Below are positions 26,405 through 40,400 of a stretch of DNA of 64,000 bases, one piece after another. Below the pieces are notes generated by a model that was given only the letters and a program-made list of their open reading frames with translations, had not been told where the DNA came from and ran no database searches. Source of the stretch: Trichoplax sp. H2 (taxonomy: Eukaryota). The position numbers and the translations under genes are program-made. Position 1 is the stretch's first letter; every line of letters starts with the position of its first letter. The stretch is from positions 1-64,000 of the forward strand of contig NOWV01000173.1 of the NCBI GenBank assembly GCA_003344405.1, in the 5' to 3' direction.

Positions 26405-29401
26405 ATGAAAGCTATTTTGACTACACTAATTCTGGTTATTGGTCTATTTCATGAATGTTCCTCACTCGCTCTAATAGACAATAAACTTCCCCATCATATT
26501 TCCTCAACTTACGATCTTATGATTAATGGTTTAGAAAGTCTACTCCAGTTCTATAAAAGAAATTTCAAGGAAATAACTGTAGACGGATATATTGGACTAC
26601 TGAAAGCTAAGGGTAAGTCATTGTGCTACGGTTTCACTACAGAATTGTGTAGAGCTTTCCTTAAAGAAAAAATGACTAATTAAATTCGAAATAACGAATG
26701 AAAATACACGTATACCTGTATCATGCAAATTAGAGATGGAAATCGAACAGCTACTCTAGCCTGTAGCTAAGAAATAGTTTATTTCATAAAACCGCTGCAA
26801 AACTACCTATAATAGAGCATTTACTATCCAAGTTCTTTAATATTGACGTTGAATAACTTCGAATATTCTGAACCGTAATCACAATCCATTATAGATAACT
26901 GAAAATCTACCCTTGAGTCTTTTGTAAAAAATAAGTTGCACTAGTTTACATCACATCTCATTGATCTAGAATTAATCCTAATGTAAAAAATCAAGGAATG
27001 ATGGTATCAAGTATTGCAATTAATGCCTTTTAAATCTAGTGTTAGTAATATTGGCCCTTGACTTACTAGAAAGAATCAATTGAAGATTAATGAAGAAAGC
27101 TAGCTAAAATTGAAATGAAAAAAAATTACTTGCCCAACAAACTTTACCCTAACGTATTGAAAATATTCATTAGAGCCTTTGGAGTGTCTAAGATTAGGGT
27201 CAAGTGACCCGCACTTTTATAGCAAGCAGTAGCAATGTTCAAAATTGTTTGTAAATATTTGAAATCTAATTTTAATTTGATTTTATCTAAGCGTTTTCAA
27301 ATCTTACGTAACTGATGTAAAATATTAAATTTAATAAAATTAATTCGCGTCAGCTAGTAACCAATTATAGCTTGGTGATGATACCAAAATCAGTAAATAA
27401 AATTCATTCTTTTATCTCATATCAAGGTAAAGAAGCTAATATTTTATTAATTATCAGTTATATATCCTACCAAAATTACATTTACAAGTTGAAAATGAAG
27501 TAAACTTTAGTTTCTAATTCTAAAACTGACTTGGAATAGCTTAAAACATTTAATATTTATTTCTTAATAAAGAATATTTAGGAGCAACGGTTGAGAATAT
27601 TGACAAAGGTTTATCCCCATTAAGTACTCAGCAAGCTAATCAAGTAAAGCAAATTTTCGAAAACTGTAGCGTGTTGCTAATTCATATAGAGGCAGTCTTG
27701 GTCAATAGTAGTTCTTCCAAGCAGTATGATTTATTTAAAATGGTCCATACTCCGCATCCAATCCCGAATCAGTTGATTAGTCTAAGACTTTCGAATGTAC
27801 ACTCCGGTGCCTTAGATAAGGATTCAACGGCCGGCGTTAAATTTGCTAATATTTCCGATATGTGCCTAATGGACATAATCGGCACGAGAAAGCGTCACCA
27901 ACCTGCGTGTACATTTAGCGGTAAATAACTTAAGGAAACCTGTTACTGTCTCAGTTCGTGTAGATTTATAACTAGTTTTAACAAGAGGATAGCGTAAATT
28001 GATCCGTTTAATGCTATTGATATAAGATGATGATTATAACAAGATATTGAAGTGCATAACTAAGTTGCCGTCCAGGTAATTTTTAGATTTTTATTTTTGT
28101 CTAGATATCTGCTGGAAAGGTATTACAAACTATCATGCGAGGAACTTTGATATCATTCATCAGTTATTCGCCATATTTGTTGGTCAAAAGTTGAATTGTA
28201 CGAACAAAATGAACGTGCTTGCCCAAAAATTAGGAGGAATAGAAAATGTAAAAGCTGCGTTATGCAGCCGAATTTATCGTCAAATGTATACTAACCTCAA
28301 TAATAATGCACTTAACAAGATGCAATCTTGGGAACTATTCTTAGCACAAATTTACATATGTGGCGGTCCTGCTGGCTTTCAAAAGTTTGTTGATGCTCAG
28401 TTTCTATCAGCCATTCTACATTGGCAAAGCAATACAGGATGTCTTAAGTCAAGTCATAGCATTTTTAGCAGTTTAGGTTCTGAATTACTTCCACAGTAAG
28501 TAGTATTTGCTCAACTAGTTAAGAAATTAAATTCATATTGCATGTGACACAGAAAATAATCAGAAATATCGGTCAGATTATGTAGCTGCTTCTCAATTTA
28601 GTTATATTATTTAACTTTTAAATTCGTTCATTAATTGGTAGAAATACACTCGTTACATCATCAGACCATCCTATAGGTGGGATAGATAAAGGTAAGCTTA
28701 ACGTTTTAGCCTATTTGTGTTGGAGAAAATGGTAGTTATACGTATATTTTACGATTCGATAGTTTTCTTTAGCTAGACTGCTCCAATATCTTAACACAAT
28801 CCAATCAATTTTTTTGCATTTGGATCAAATTATATATATATAGATATATCTTGTAGTTGATACCGTAATGGAAATCGTTAGTAAGTACTAAAATAGATTT
28901 AAGTAACGACAATCGTGCAATATCATCATGCAATCTTAGCAGCATAATATCTGATAAATAAAACTGTATATTGATTTCTTACCATAACTGTTCCTCACTT
29001 CGAAGTTTCTTTGCATTAGCAGCTTCGTAATTTATAATTCGTAACAGTATAAGTCATTTTCTGAGACTGTAGTAGTTTTAAATCATTTACTGTTTTATTG
29101 CTTTTAAGCCTGTTATAGTCGTCGTTCTGCTGCAGCTACAAGTGTTCTATCAATGTACTTACGTTGGTTCTCCGGTAAAAAAGAAATCTTTATTTTACCA
29201 ACTCCAACGAATTCTACAGCAGCTAATAGAATGGAATCAAATGAATTTCTTACTATTATTGGACTTATCGCTATTGGCGCAGCTCTTATTGCTGCCTTTT
29301 TATCAATTTCAGTAGTGTATTGTATTTGTCCTCTTGGCCGCAAAGGTCATGAATATCAGAAATTACAATCGAAAGAGCCGAGCAAGAATGCTGACGAATA
29401 A
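26405..29401 (+). CDS. C16orf89-like: UPF0764/C16orf89-like (DUF4735) protein with signal peptide and C-terminal TM
   Basis: Exons 26405-26612, 27582-27920, 28105-28495, 28642-28691, 29109-29401 splice in frame. Motifs recalled from this family: LE..LQFY..EITVDGYIGL; SDMCLMDIIGT..C.FSDIC; HQLF..C; LF..QIYICG..GF..AILHWQ..GC; C.S..A.A..VL..YL. An upstream in-frame start exists at 26366. Confidence 0.8.
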
Positions 29402-31803
29402 TAATGAGGCCTATTTTAATTCCCGTGTCGTTCGGATACTAATTTAGGCCAGCATATTTCAGCCAGCGTAAACCAATCTTTTAACGATTTTAAAGCCACT
29501 ATAGTCTAAGTCATTGGCAATTTCGCTGTGCCATATAATTTCGAGTCATTAGAAATCATACTGATTATAGCGTCGATACTTTTATAAACTCATAAATTAT
29601 TAACTTACGAAGATACATGTTGAAAATTGTTATTATGATGTAATATATATACATTTATAAACTACAGTAAATTTTCTCTTCATACTTTGGTAAAACAAAA
29701 TAAAACCTCAGCTTAAGCGATAAGATCAATTTCCTTTCTGAACGTATAGATAACCTAAGATGAAGCAAATCTATTCAATAAAAGTTGCAGACATTTTCGT
29801 AACCATATGCATGGAATGTATCGCGTTTGGCATTTGATAATTAAAATTCAAGAACATCAATAGGCTGTTATCTTCTAGATAATTAGCTATATAAGTCAAT
29901 ATTGTTCAGACGTAATGTTAGTGAAAGAAGTCTTTTCTATCACTTTCGAAGGCTTCTGATACTCTTTAACTAATATTCTTAATTATCTGATTAGATTCAC
30001 AGGACGCAGTGACTACATTCGATATGGATATGAAAGTTTGTTATCATCTATAATGACTAATTTTAGAAGCAGTTAGTTGCTATTGGCTAAATTAACTATG
30101 TAATATGGAATAAGTATTGGCAATTATTTATATCAATTTCTGATAAATGACAGATTTAGCCGATCGATAAATTACCGTACTTGCTGGCACCTAGTAAAGT
30201 GAAATTCAACATTCCGCGGTCAATATCTGAAAAATATAGGCTTTAAACTCAAAATCGTACCGCATATTCCAACACCTTAAAAATCACTCAAACTTTAAGA
30301 GAAAACTAGGTTATACTAAGTATTCATCAAATTCACCTTAAAAAGTAACTGCCATTGACATTGTTAATTAATCAAGTCGTATTTTGCGAAATTAGGCTAG
30401 TTATATATGTACAATTGACAACGAAGGTGTCCTCTGATTTTAAGTTATATTTTTTCTTCAGCAAATTAATCATTCCTAGCCATCTTTCTGTGTACCTAGC
30501 TAAATAAAGTAAGTCTAGTCTCACCTCAAATGCAACAAATATCTTAATTAGCTGTTGTCTATATAAAATTAAATGAATTTAACCATGAAGAAGCTGAAAA
30601 TCCGCTGCTTTGCCCTTATGTTTTTACCAATTACCACAAATAGACTATAATAATCTATATAAGCACCATTGAGTTATCACATCACAGTCGTGATGATATA
30701 TTGGAATGACTCAAAATTCTTTCGTTTATGAATGTTGAGCTCCGTTTGTAGCTATTTGATGCTCAAAGTATGAAAATAGCATCAAATAATTATTTTATAT
30801 ACCAGCTTAGATGTAAATTTATTTAATATCAAAGAAATAGACTTGTTGATTATTTAATTATTAAAACATACGACGTTAACCACATTTAAAAGAACTCTAT
30901 TCCCTTGTAACGATCAAAGGTATCCTTTTTATCTAGAATATACCTGAAAAAATTTAGGAATCTATTATACGTAATACTTGTTTATAGTTTATTTTCATTC
31001 ATATGATTGTATTTGCATTTAAAATTTCTTTTAATAGTACCCAAAAAATTGCTAACTGGCTGTTACGGAGCTAGATGCTCCTTGCGTATAACTAGTAGCA
31101 ATTTATGATTGTACCTATCGTTTGACTCGATTACTATAGTATAGGAATAAGTTAGTTTTCCCTTACTGAGGATCTCCGGAGTTAGTCGGAGAACCATAAG
31201 TGTAGATAGAGTAGTTTAGGTACGATCACGAAAGCTGTTTTGTGTCACTGGCTCATAAGGCTTTGCTAACATCCATTGATCTATAAATCCGGACCATCCG
31301 CATACTAACTTTGACTGGAGCCACGCAAGTTAAGGGAGATCTGGTTCTATTTATTATTTTTTCTTCCTAGTTGAAGAATTTTACGTTCTGCATTTAATGT
31401 CGCGAAATTTATGAAATTTCGTGCGTAGAGGATGTTGGTAAATGATTGCAATAATAAATTTTTTAAAACAATCGCCGATCATTTTGAACTAATTATACGA
31501 TAGAATCCTTACTAATGGTCAGATTCGTTCCAATATGATCTCAATGAAAATAAACAATAATGTTTTGCGGTTAGGAATAAGTCTGAACACGGACCAAGAA
31601 TTGGACCCACAATTTGGCTATATTATCGTAGCCTACTGTATCAAAATCTTCTCTAGGTAGCATGAAATATTATAGCACAAGAGCTATATATTCGATATCA
31701 TGTCATTGCTACCTCTTATTCCAAAGGGTGTGTCTAAATCTTAATTTTTATTTAAACCTGCTCATTCTCTGTCTGGTAATATAGATTCGGTAAAGTTATC
31801 AAG

Positions 31804-34800
31804 ATGATGGCACTGACAAGAAATCTCCTTATTATCACTTTACTGTTATTCTATCAGCTTACATGGAGCCATATTCGGGGAGAAAGTGCGGGCAAACAAG
31901 AGCTAGTTGGCCCTTGTCCAAGATATTGTTCATGTCGAAATACGGATGTTGTTTGCACTGAGGTTGACGAAGTCATCTCTGTCATACCAGAAGGCACAAA
32001 ACGCCTGTAAGTGATCATTAAATATAGTTATACTACATAAAGCATTGACAATTTTGCTTGGATTTTTGAGCTATTAGACAGTTAGTATCCTATGTTGACT
32101 ATCATGATGTGCTTCATTTAATAAAAACTAGCATGACTTTTCCGACCTGAAGCCATTTCTGAAACAATCTTAATTACATATAGTTAGTAATAATGCATAA
32201 AATTTATGTTAGTATACTTTCTTTGATCTGTGATCGTATCTTTTGAGTTCAAGAAAATGTCGTTAAAATTCGAAAATTAGAGTAAAATTGCCTAATTTAA
32301 CCCTACATCATAAAATTAAATCAGTCACTCAAATATTTTATCAGGCACTAGTATCGATTTAAGAAATCATTAATTTTTGTTCATGTTTTGATGAATTACG
32401 AGATGAATATTAGCACTCAGTCCGTTAAGAATCTACAGGACTATGATTATGTTTTCAGCTATACGTTCGTGATTAGTCTTCTGAAGGCCTACTTAAGATT
32501 ATTACAGCTATCGCAATATGTTTAAAATTTTTTCTTTGCTCTCGGCAGTGCAATTCAAATCATCGATCTTCTAATTTCACATCTTGTAACAAAAGTTCAT
32601 TTTAAAAAATATCATATAGAATTAGTAATTGAACTGACCAATGTACTTTTTGAAACTATTAACAGAGTTTTTTTTCAAGAACTCTCTTGTGAAGATACTC
32701 GAATTGTTAATTTAGTCAACCTAGCCAGGAAAATGCAAATTGAAATTATTGGTCGATGTCATCGGGTCGATACATTGCAAATTGTTCCTGTACAGTATTT
32801 TATTGATTCACAATCCGAAAAAGTCTTAAGGAATCAAGGTAGTTTTAATCAACTGGATTAAATGTACGGTACAGAATAGCTATAAACCATTTAATTGAAT
32901 AATTTTTAGTCGATTCTTTGCGTATAATAGAGCCATTTTCTACTCTAACGACTATAATGAAGTAGATGATAAGCTCTTAATTTAAATATGTGTTAAAAAC
33001 TTTATCAATCTTTCAGCATTAGGTAGGAATCGGCGAGAAATCTTGGTTCAATCACGGTACCAGATCTCACTAGTGAATGGTCAGTCTAGCAGAGAAGGTA
33101 TAGTTCTTATTAAAGATATTAAACTGGATCAAGAAGGGACAATTTGTGCTGATCAGTGGACAAATGATGATGCAGACGTTATTTGTCGTCAACTTGGCTA
33201 TATTAGTGCAAATTTCAGTTCAGGTATGTCAATAACCATAAGATTGATTGCATAATCCTTTATGAATTTTAACAAGTTTATATGCGGAAAATAGAAGTTC
33301 TATTTTTACTTCTTGCCTATTTGGATGTTATAATTATTTCAAGATTTGGCGCATGTATCCTCTGGCAATAATTACAAAGCTCTAATCACAAACCTTGGAT
33401 GCTCGGTCTTTCAGAGTGTTATTGATCACTGCAATATATCTACCGTGAAACCTGCTCAACCATGTTGGAAATCTTCAGGAGCTGCTAGAGTTAGATGCAG
33501 AGCTGATAATCCTAATAAACAATGTAATTGTTTTGCCTAGTAATCGATAATATTGTCCTTTTACTTTTAATTCGACAAGGTGGTTTCTTCGCCTTGTTCT
33601 TTGTATTGAGAATGCCATTTTCAACTCCGTTTAGTAATTGGAAATTCCCCAATTAATTGCCAGTTTAATGAAGGATTTTGTGGTTGGACTCGTAATGGCA
33701 ATTGGTATTGGTTATGGCGCGGCTACACAGTATCAGAAGATGGTAAACCACTTTGTAAGTCAAATTATTGAGAGCATTTACAAGAAGAGAGATTCGATAT
33801 TTTATAATATTTAAAAGTTCTCGACAATATTCAAACGTGACTGTTCGCTTAGTTTGAATATTCAACATTTTATAGATGATCCTTTTATTTTTATCTACAA
33901 AAATATGGACGAGAACCCTGCATTACATGGGACTTTTGTAAGTCCTGTATTAAAACAAGCACACGCAGGAAAGCCAGTTTATGTAAGTTGAAATGATTAC
34001 CTAATTTTAAATTTAGTTTATATTTAGAATCTAATTCAATCATTAAATTCAACATTGCAGTAAAATTGAGGGTAAAATCTATAACATTTATTCGATAAAG
34101 GTTTAAATATTACTTAAATTGCAATTTATCGTAATCTTGTTTAGATCACTTTCCGAGCGTTAAAATATGGCATAGCAATTGGTCAGATTGAATTTCGGTT
34201 TCGGCGCGTACAGGAAGGCAGTTCAACAGAGCTTTTAACGCCTATCTCTAGATCTAACAGTACTTGGCAAAATTTTGAAACAGAGAAATTCGAAACGGAT
34301 ACATACTTCAAAGTAAGATATAGGCAGCAGCCATGCCAGCAACATTATAGCTATGTGAATATCAATCTTTAAATCAAGCTAAATTTATATATTTGGCAAA
34401 TACAACGTATGCAGGTGCTTAATCGAAATGGACTTAATAGGCAACATGATAGCTAATTCCTTTAATCGATACTGACATATAGTAATTGCTTTCAAATCAT
34501 CGAATCGTAACTTTCTGTAGTTGCCATATTTCGAGACTTTGCATTCTGTAGTCAACTTATCAAAATTCTTCGTTCTAACATATTGGCTTTAATTCGATAT
34601 AGCGAGCAAAATAAATTCTCACAAATATACGGAAAGCTGTAGTATACATTTTATTTAGCTCCTTTAATGATATTCTTTGAAAGATTTAAAGTTATAAGGA
34701 AGTCACACTATGCTGATAATATATGGAAAATAATATTCCTTAAACGATATTTAATCACTAACTATGCCAAGAAATTTTATTATGTCTACTTGAATATTGA

Positions 34801-35925
34801 TAATTAAATCAAGCTAGATTGCTATCACAGAAAAATACAGCTTATCTAAGAGCGTATACAATAATTACCTAATAGGCATTGTCATGATTAAATCCTTAGT
34901 ATGCACTCGTATATCTTCAATCGCTTTTAAAATCAACTAATTATAAGTTACTGCTGTTGTCATCCTTCGAGACTTCGTATTCTGGAATTGACCGATCAGA
35001 ATTCTTATTCTAATACATTTGCATTAATTTAATATAGTGAGCGGAATAAATTCTCACAAAAGTAAAGAAAGCTGTATTATACGTTTAATTAAGCTCTCTT
35101 AAATAATATTCTTGTAAGAATTTGAATCTACCATGGTGTGTAATTTTACTGATATTTTATGAGAAATAATGCACTTTTAACAATATTTAATGTCATTCAA
35201 AATTATAGATTGAAATTTATTCTGTTGCAAGTATATCTAAATCCGACTTTGGGCTAGTCGCTCTAGATAATTTAGTAGTACATGGAGCTAATATAGTACC
35301 AGGTAAATAATTTGGCTGGTCTGCTGTAACAGCTTATTAAAACTACAGACCGTACCTATGTAAAGTTTTTTATAATTATATTTACGACTGATACTTATCG
35401 AGATAAATTGTGAAGCACCAAATATAGTTCTAAGGACAGTAAAGTTGGATAATTTATATCTAACATTTTTGTTATAAGTGGACTTGTTCATCTTCAATAC
35501 AAGGTGAATAATTTTCCTTTCTTGTATTTTATTCATCTTATTCAGACAGTACATCCGCTTCTACCTTGACCATAGTATTGGTTACTGCTGCTTCTTGCAT
35601 TATTTGTGTGATTATATTGTACTTTGGCTATCGCCTATATCGAAAAAAGACAGCAAAACCGCCAATTCCTTTCTTTACAATTACCAGATTAAGTAGACGA
35701 AAGCGAAGCACAAAAACTTTTCCCACGCAATGCAGTCAATCAACTACAACAGATACAACTCGTAAAGAAGGTTAAATAATGTAATTATTGTCAGATTAAA
35801 TTACTTGTATCATAAATAGTAGAATTAAAATGAAATACTCAGAGAGTGACAGATTTTCTAAATCGCTTGTTTAAGGATCTACCGTTGTGCCACCAAGTTA
35901 TGATACAGCTTTGGGATCAAGTTAA
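31804..35925 (+). CDS. LRR-cap / SRCR / MAM-like type I membrane receptor with PPxY tail (paralogue 2, complete, 10 exons)
   Basis: Exons: 31804-32006 (SP; CPRYCSCRNTDVVC..IPEGTKRL); 32666-32838 (ELSCEDTRI..GRC); 33017-33223 (RNRR; SRCR part 1); 33344-33523 (SRCR part 2); 33635-33742 (CQFNEGFCGW); 33876-33982 (GTFVSP); 34145-34312; 35209-35302 (VALDNL); 35546-35770 (TM, RKK); 35876-35925 (VVPPSYDTALGSS*). Confidence 0.88.
34510..35190. repeat. Diverged direct duplication inside intron 7 of paralogue 2 (period ~435 bp)
   Basis: ttcgagactt..aattctt..aataaattctcacaaa..gaaagctgta..atattctt occurs at ~34516-34760 and again at ~34951-35190. Confidence 0.8.
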
Positions 35926-37293
35926 AAGAAATTAATGATGAAGTCAGAGGAAGAATGAGAAACTGTAATCGCTTAGATGCTTTTCCTGTGCAATATAATA
36001 CATTTATATAATGAAATAGTCAATGGAAATATAGCATAAATTAGACCTTGATATTTTCAAGTTGTAATTGTTAAATATCGTACTTTATGTGTAACCCTAC
36101 AAAATGATATCTTACGTTTACAGTAAATAAAGACTACGTAATATCAAGGCAACATGCAATATAGTATGTATAATTACCAGAGATATCATGAATAAATACA
36201 ACTGCAATATCTTCTTGCCGTATTTTTTTAGACTACAAACTTAGCTATGTCGAACAGTTATAGAAGCTCATCAATGAATAGTTCTAAGCTATTATCATTG
36301 ATTTAGACTACTATTTTAATGTTGGTTAAAAGGGCCTATTTCCATTACTTTTTTAGGATAATGATGAAATCCACCTAGGGTAAATGCAAATCACAAATAT
36401 TTTATTTAGTTTTCGTTACCAAGACACTATTTCTTACCATCTATTTTAATTATTACGGTGGGCACAGAGATATTGTCCATAATCGAATAATCAAATATGC
36501 TAATGTGTAGGATGGTCGAGGCTAAGAAAAGCAAGTAAAAATAATGTTCCTATCAAAATGTGCCATCGAAATCGATACTTAAGGGTATGAATAAGGTATT
36601 TCGTGAAAATCAGAACCATTATGTATACGATCGTAATTAGTCTAGTATCAATCCGTAAAGTACTTTGTCGTCAGTAGTTGTAATTTAACTGCGAATAATT
36701 TTATAGAGGGAAATCTTAACCCTCGAAGATAGAGGTAACATGTGCTGTCGCGATGAGTAACAGAAATTAAGCAAACGATATAAACGTTCTGTCGAAGTAA
36801 GATTTTACTGGTTTCTAATCGTACAAAACTACTGAACAGGCTCACAGGAAAAGCAAATGATGATTTCTAGCTGCTCGCATTCTCAGTGCAAGGGTTTTAG
36901 ATTTGCTATTGGATCAGATAGTACTATTAAGCACCACTACTTTTGCAGTGATGCAACGCATATTTGATGATAAGGATTAAAGACGCTTTTATTACAATCT
37001 TATGGACTACAGATCCATTGCAATCACGGATTTCTAAGCATGAATAATATACTGTTTCTATCATCTCGAATTTTATTTACTTTGCTTAATTACTAACTGG
37101 CGGGTTCAGGTTAGCCAATCTATCAGTCTATTGCAATATAATATTTGATTACTCTAAAAAAGTTGTAATTACGCTAGCAAACTAAATTTAAGTTGGTTAC
37201 AACAAATAATATTAGCAGTTAGAGGTGTAAGCCGTAAGTTTCCTTATTCAGTTTCACTGCAGATCATCGTTACTTAATTCTGAACTGAATATT

Positions 37294-37481
37294 ATGTCCT
37301 TATTATTCAATTTGTGTAGTTTGTCAGTATTTCTAATAATTTGTTTTACTTAAGCTAGTTCCGCAAATGTGGTTTCAACGTTTGCCTGTCCAAAATCTAG
37401 TTCAAGCAATAATAACGAAATTCAAAATGCAAATGTCTTGGCACTTAATAGGTTTCCTGTGCCGGCTGATACTAAACGCAG
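37294..37481 (+). pseudogene. Decayed first exon (signal peptide + LRRNT) resembling the receptor family
   Basis: MSLLFNLCSLSVFLIICFT*ASSANVVSTFACPKSSSSNNNEIQNANVLALNRFPVPADTKR followed by a phase-2 gtaag donor, as in IPEGTKRL and IPANTKS. It has an in-frame TAA and has lost cysteines. Confidence 0.7.
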
Positions 37482-40400
37482 GTAAGAGAATATTGCTATT
37501 ACTGTCGTGATCATTAGGAAACCTTGCAATGAAATAATAACTAAATCTTTGCATTTATAAATATTCCTTTACTGAGTTAAATGTATCGTTTTATTAAAAA
37601 AAAATAAATGATACTCGAGATTTTAAAATTATAGTATGCTAATGGTAATTATGTAATTTTGAGTCGCTCTTAAGTCCCTCAAGATTGACTTTATTTCTAG
37701 CCATTATCCTAAGTTAGTAACTATTGTGGGACTCTTGGATTATTCTTATGAAACGTAACGGCTTGCAACTATTAAGTGCCATAAATCAAGATGAATAAAG
37801 GTCCATCTTTGCGTTATAATAAGCAAAAATCATCGAAACACTCCTTCAACAAATACAATCTAGATAGGCAGCACAACATAATGTTAAGTTAAAGAATGTT
37901 CTGATAGTAAATAAATTAGCAGCGATGTATAACAAATATTCGCAACTATCTAAGTGGAAATGAATCAAAATATGCACAGACCAAAATTGAAATAGAATAA
38001 GTGTAATAAATACCATTATTTAGAATTTATTAAGTTTATTTCAGAATATATGACAATAAAGTTCTGCAATGATATCAGTCATCGCTCTGTGTATCAGACA
38101 AATGTTACTTTCTTTGGCTCGTTTATTTAATTATTTTAAGCTAGCGAACATTATCAAAAAGCCCTAAAGTGTGCTTTGAAGTACTCGATTGCAGAATTAT
38201 ATTGGAAACTATCGGTACCGGTATTGCTGTTTTACAGGAATTATTGCTATGTAGTTTAGCAATTAAAATATTTTTTGGGAATCTGTGAGTATTGATCACT
38301 TGAACTAGCATAGCGATCATAATAATCTGATATAAAAAGGCCAGTAAAAGCACTTAAAGCACTCAACGTTCAATTTTTGAATAGCAGAATGTAGTAGTTT
38401 CAGCTAATTGCAGTAGTAATTGAAGTATGGTGCAGCATTAAGAATTAGGGTAGCCTACTACGCTTATAAGGTAATTTTATGATCAATTATGATGAAAACG
38501 GTGTACTTACTTATACTACTCATACTATGTGTATATGGCTGTAGTAGACAGCTATAAAAAGTGATGTTTTAAAGTAATGTCTTTATATAACTGTTAGATA
38601 ATATGGAATTGTGATCGTGGAGACGAAGTCGATCATCCGGTTTAACTTAGCTACTTTCGACTATTATTATAAGGGAAGAAAAGCAGATTCTTCCCTTGTC
38701 AAGCTTTCTATTAATAAACGATACTTTTAAGGTTAAACACTGTCTTCACCTGATCTTGTATCATGTTAGAATTTTGCTCAATTTTAATAACTCAGATTTT
38801 GAGTTAGACGATTGCGAACCTAAAGGGTTGTAAAACCCAAGCATTAAATAGAAATAAAACTTTGTACCAAATGAAGTTATATAGAGTCACAATAGATGCG
38901 AAATTTATTGACGGACGCTAAACAACTATTAAGAGTCGAAAAATTACGCTCGCTTTGGTACTTAAATAATCCAGATTATTTTCAACCAATATTTTGACAA
39001 ATTGCAAACACTATATCTAAAATCAAAACAAACATTTTCATTGAAGAATTAAATTTCAGAATCATGGGCCTTTTGAAAGGTATTTCTGGATCATGAAAAA
39101 TATTCTGCCTGTAAATTAGATAGCTCTTAGCATTTCATTGGATAACGATAATTAATCGGATAAGCAACAAATCTAGTTTACCCTTTGTGATAAAAGTCAA
39201 TCACGAAAATTTCAAAATTGTAGAAAATTAGAACTTTGTTAGATCTAATACAAAGACTAACTACACACAGCTCTGCTCTAGCCGAATACAACTATTGAAG
39301 GACTTCTAGAAAGAACGAACTGAATAGTCTAAAGTTGCCAGCTTATATTCATTTCGTAGCAGCCACAGCCACAGCTACAATCAGCGTAGCAACATTCTAC
39401 CTTAATTTACATATAATCAAATTATTATTAGTAACAAAATTTTACAGCGGGCCATCATTAATCCGATATGGAAATAATTACGGTATTTCCGCAGATATTA
39501 TTCTTAGCAGTCAAAGTACAGTAAACTAAGTATATCCGAATATATGAATTATGGTTCTATTTTTATATCTAGCCTCAATAGTAACTCAACACCTTACCGT
39601 ATATAGTTATCTGTACATTAGCATAGAATCTACCATTACAGTCCATAGTAGCGAGCTACCAAATACGTCTTAAGATAAATATAGAAAGCTACGCTTCCGG
39701 ACATCTTACTAACGTAGCTAAAGGTCTACAATCACAATACTAAGTTTCGTTACACCCTTATAATAAAGAAGACTCTAACTCAAATTAAAAATTTCAACTG
39801 TGATGGAAATACCTCCATATTTATGAAAGCTTTCAATTACTGTCAGGTATTGTCAAGATAGCAAATGGATTGTACCATTCAGTGCCTGGTTGCAAGAAAT
39901 GTCTATATTTATATAGTATCCCTTTTTTACTGAAGTTCAGGCAATTCGAACTTTGTTACCGCCATTTCATACATAAGCAAGTATATATTATTTGCATAAT
40001 CATCAGCATATCTTGAACAACGTGGTAGAAAAGTTTTAAACATCTGTATAAGGTATTAATATTAAAAAAGTTTAAAGTAACATTTGGCCTGTGGCGTAAT
40101 TAACATCACAGGCTCTAAAAAAATTATAGCGATGAGTGCACCCGTTCTTTTGGTACAAGATAATATTTATATGGTCACAAAGTAGCAGCATATGTTTTCT
40201 TTTTATGTTAATATTCCTAGTAATGGCAAAATAACAAAAGGTTAAATAAATTACTAAAAACATCATACATTAGCCTAAAAGATGAAATGATTTTAATTAT
40301 TATTCTCTTTTACTTACTACCAGTAGTTATTGTATATTACATTATTAATAATTGAACTTGGCAGTATAACACATTTCTTTTAAAATATTAACGATTTTAT

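Noticed and set aside
29113-29343. Minus-strand 76-aa ORF (also 33665-, 35288- and 40649-)
   Set aside because: Antisense shadows of real plus-strand exons.
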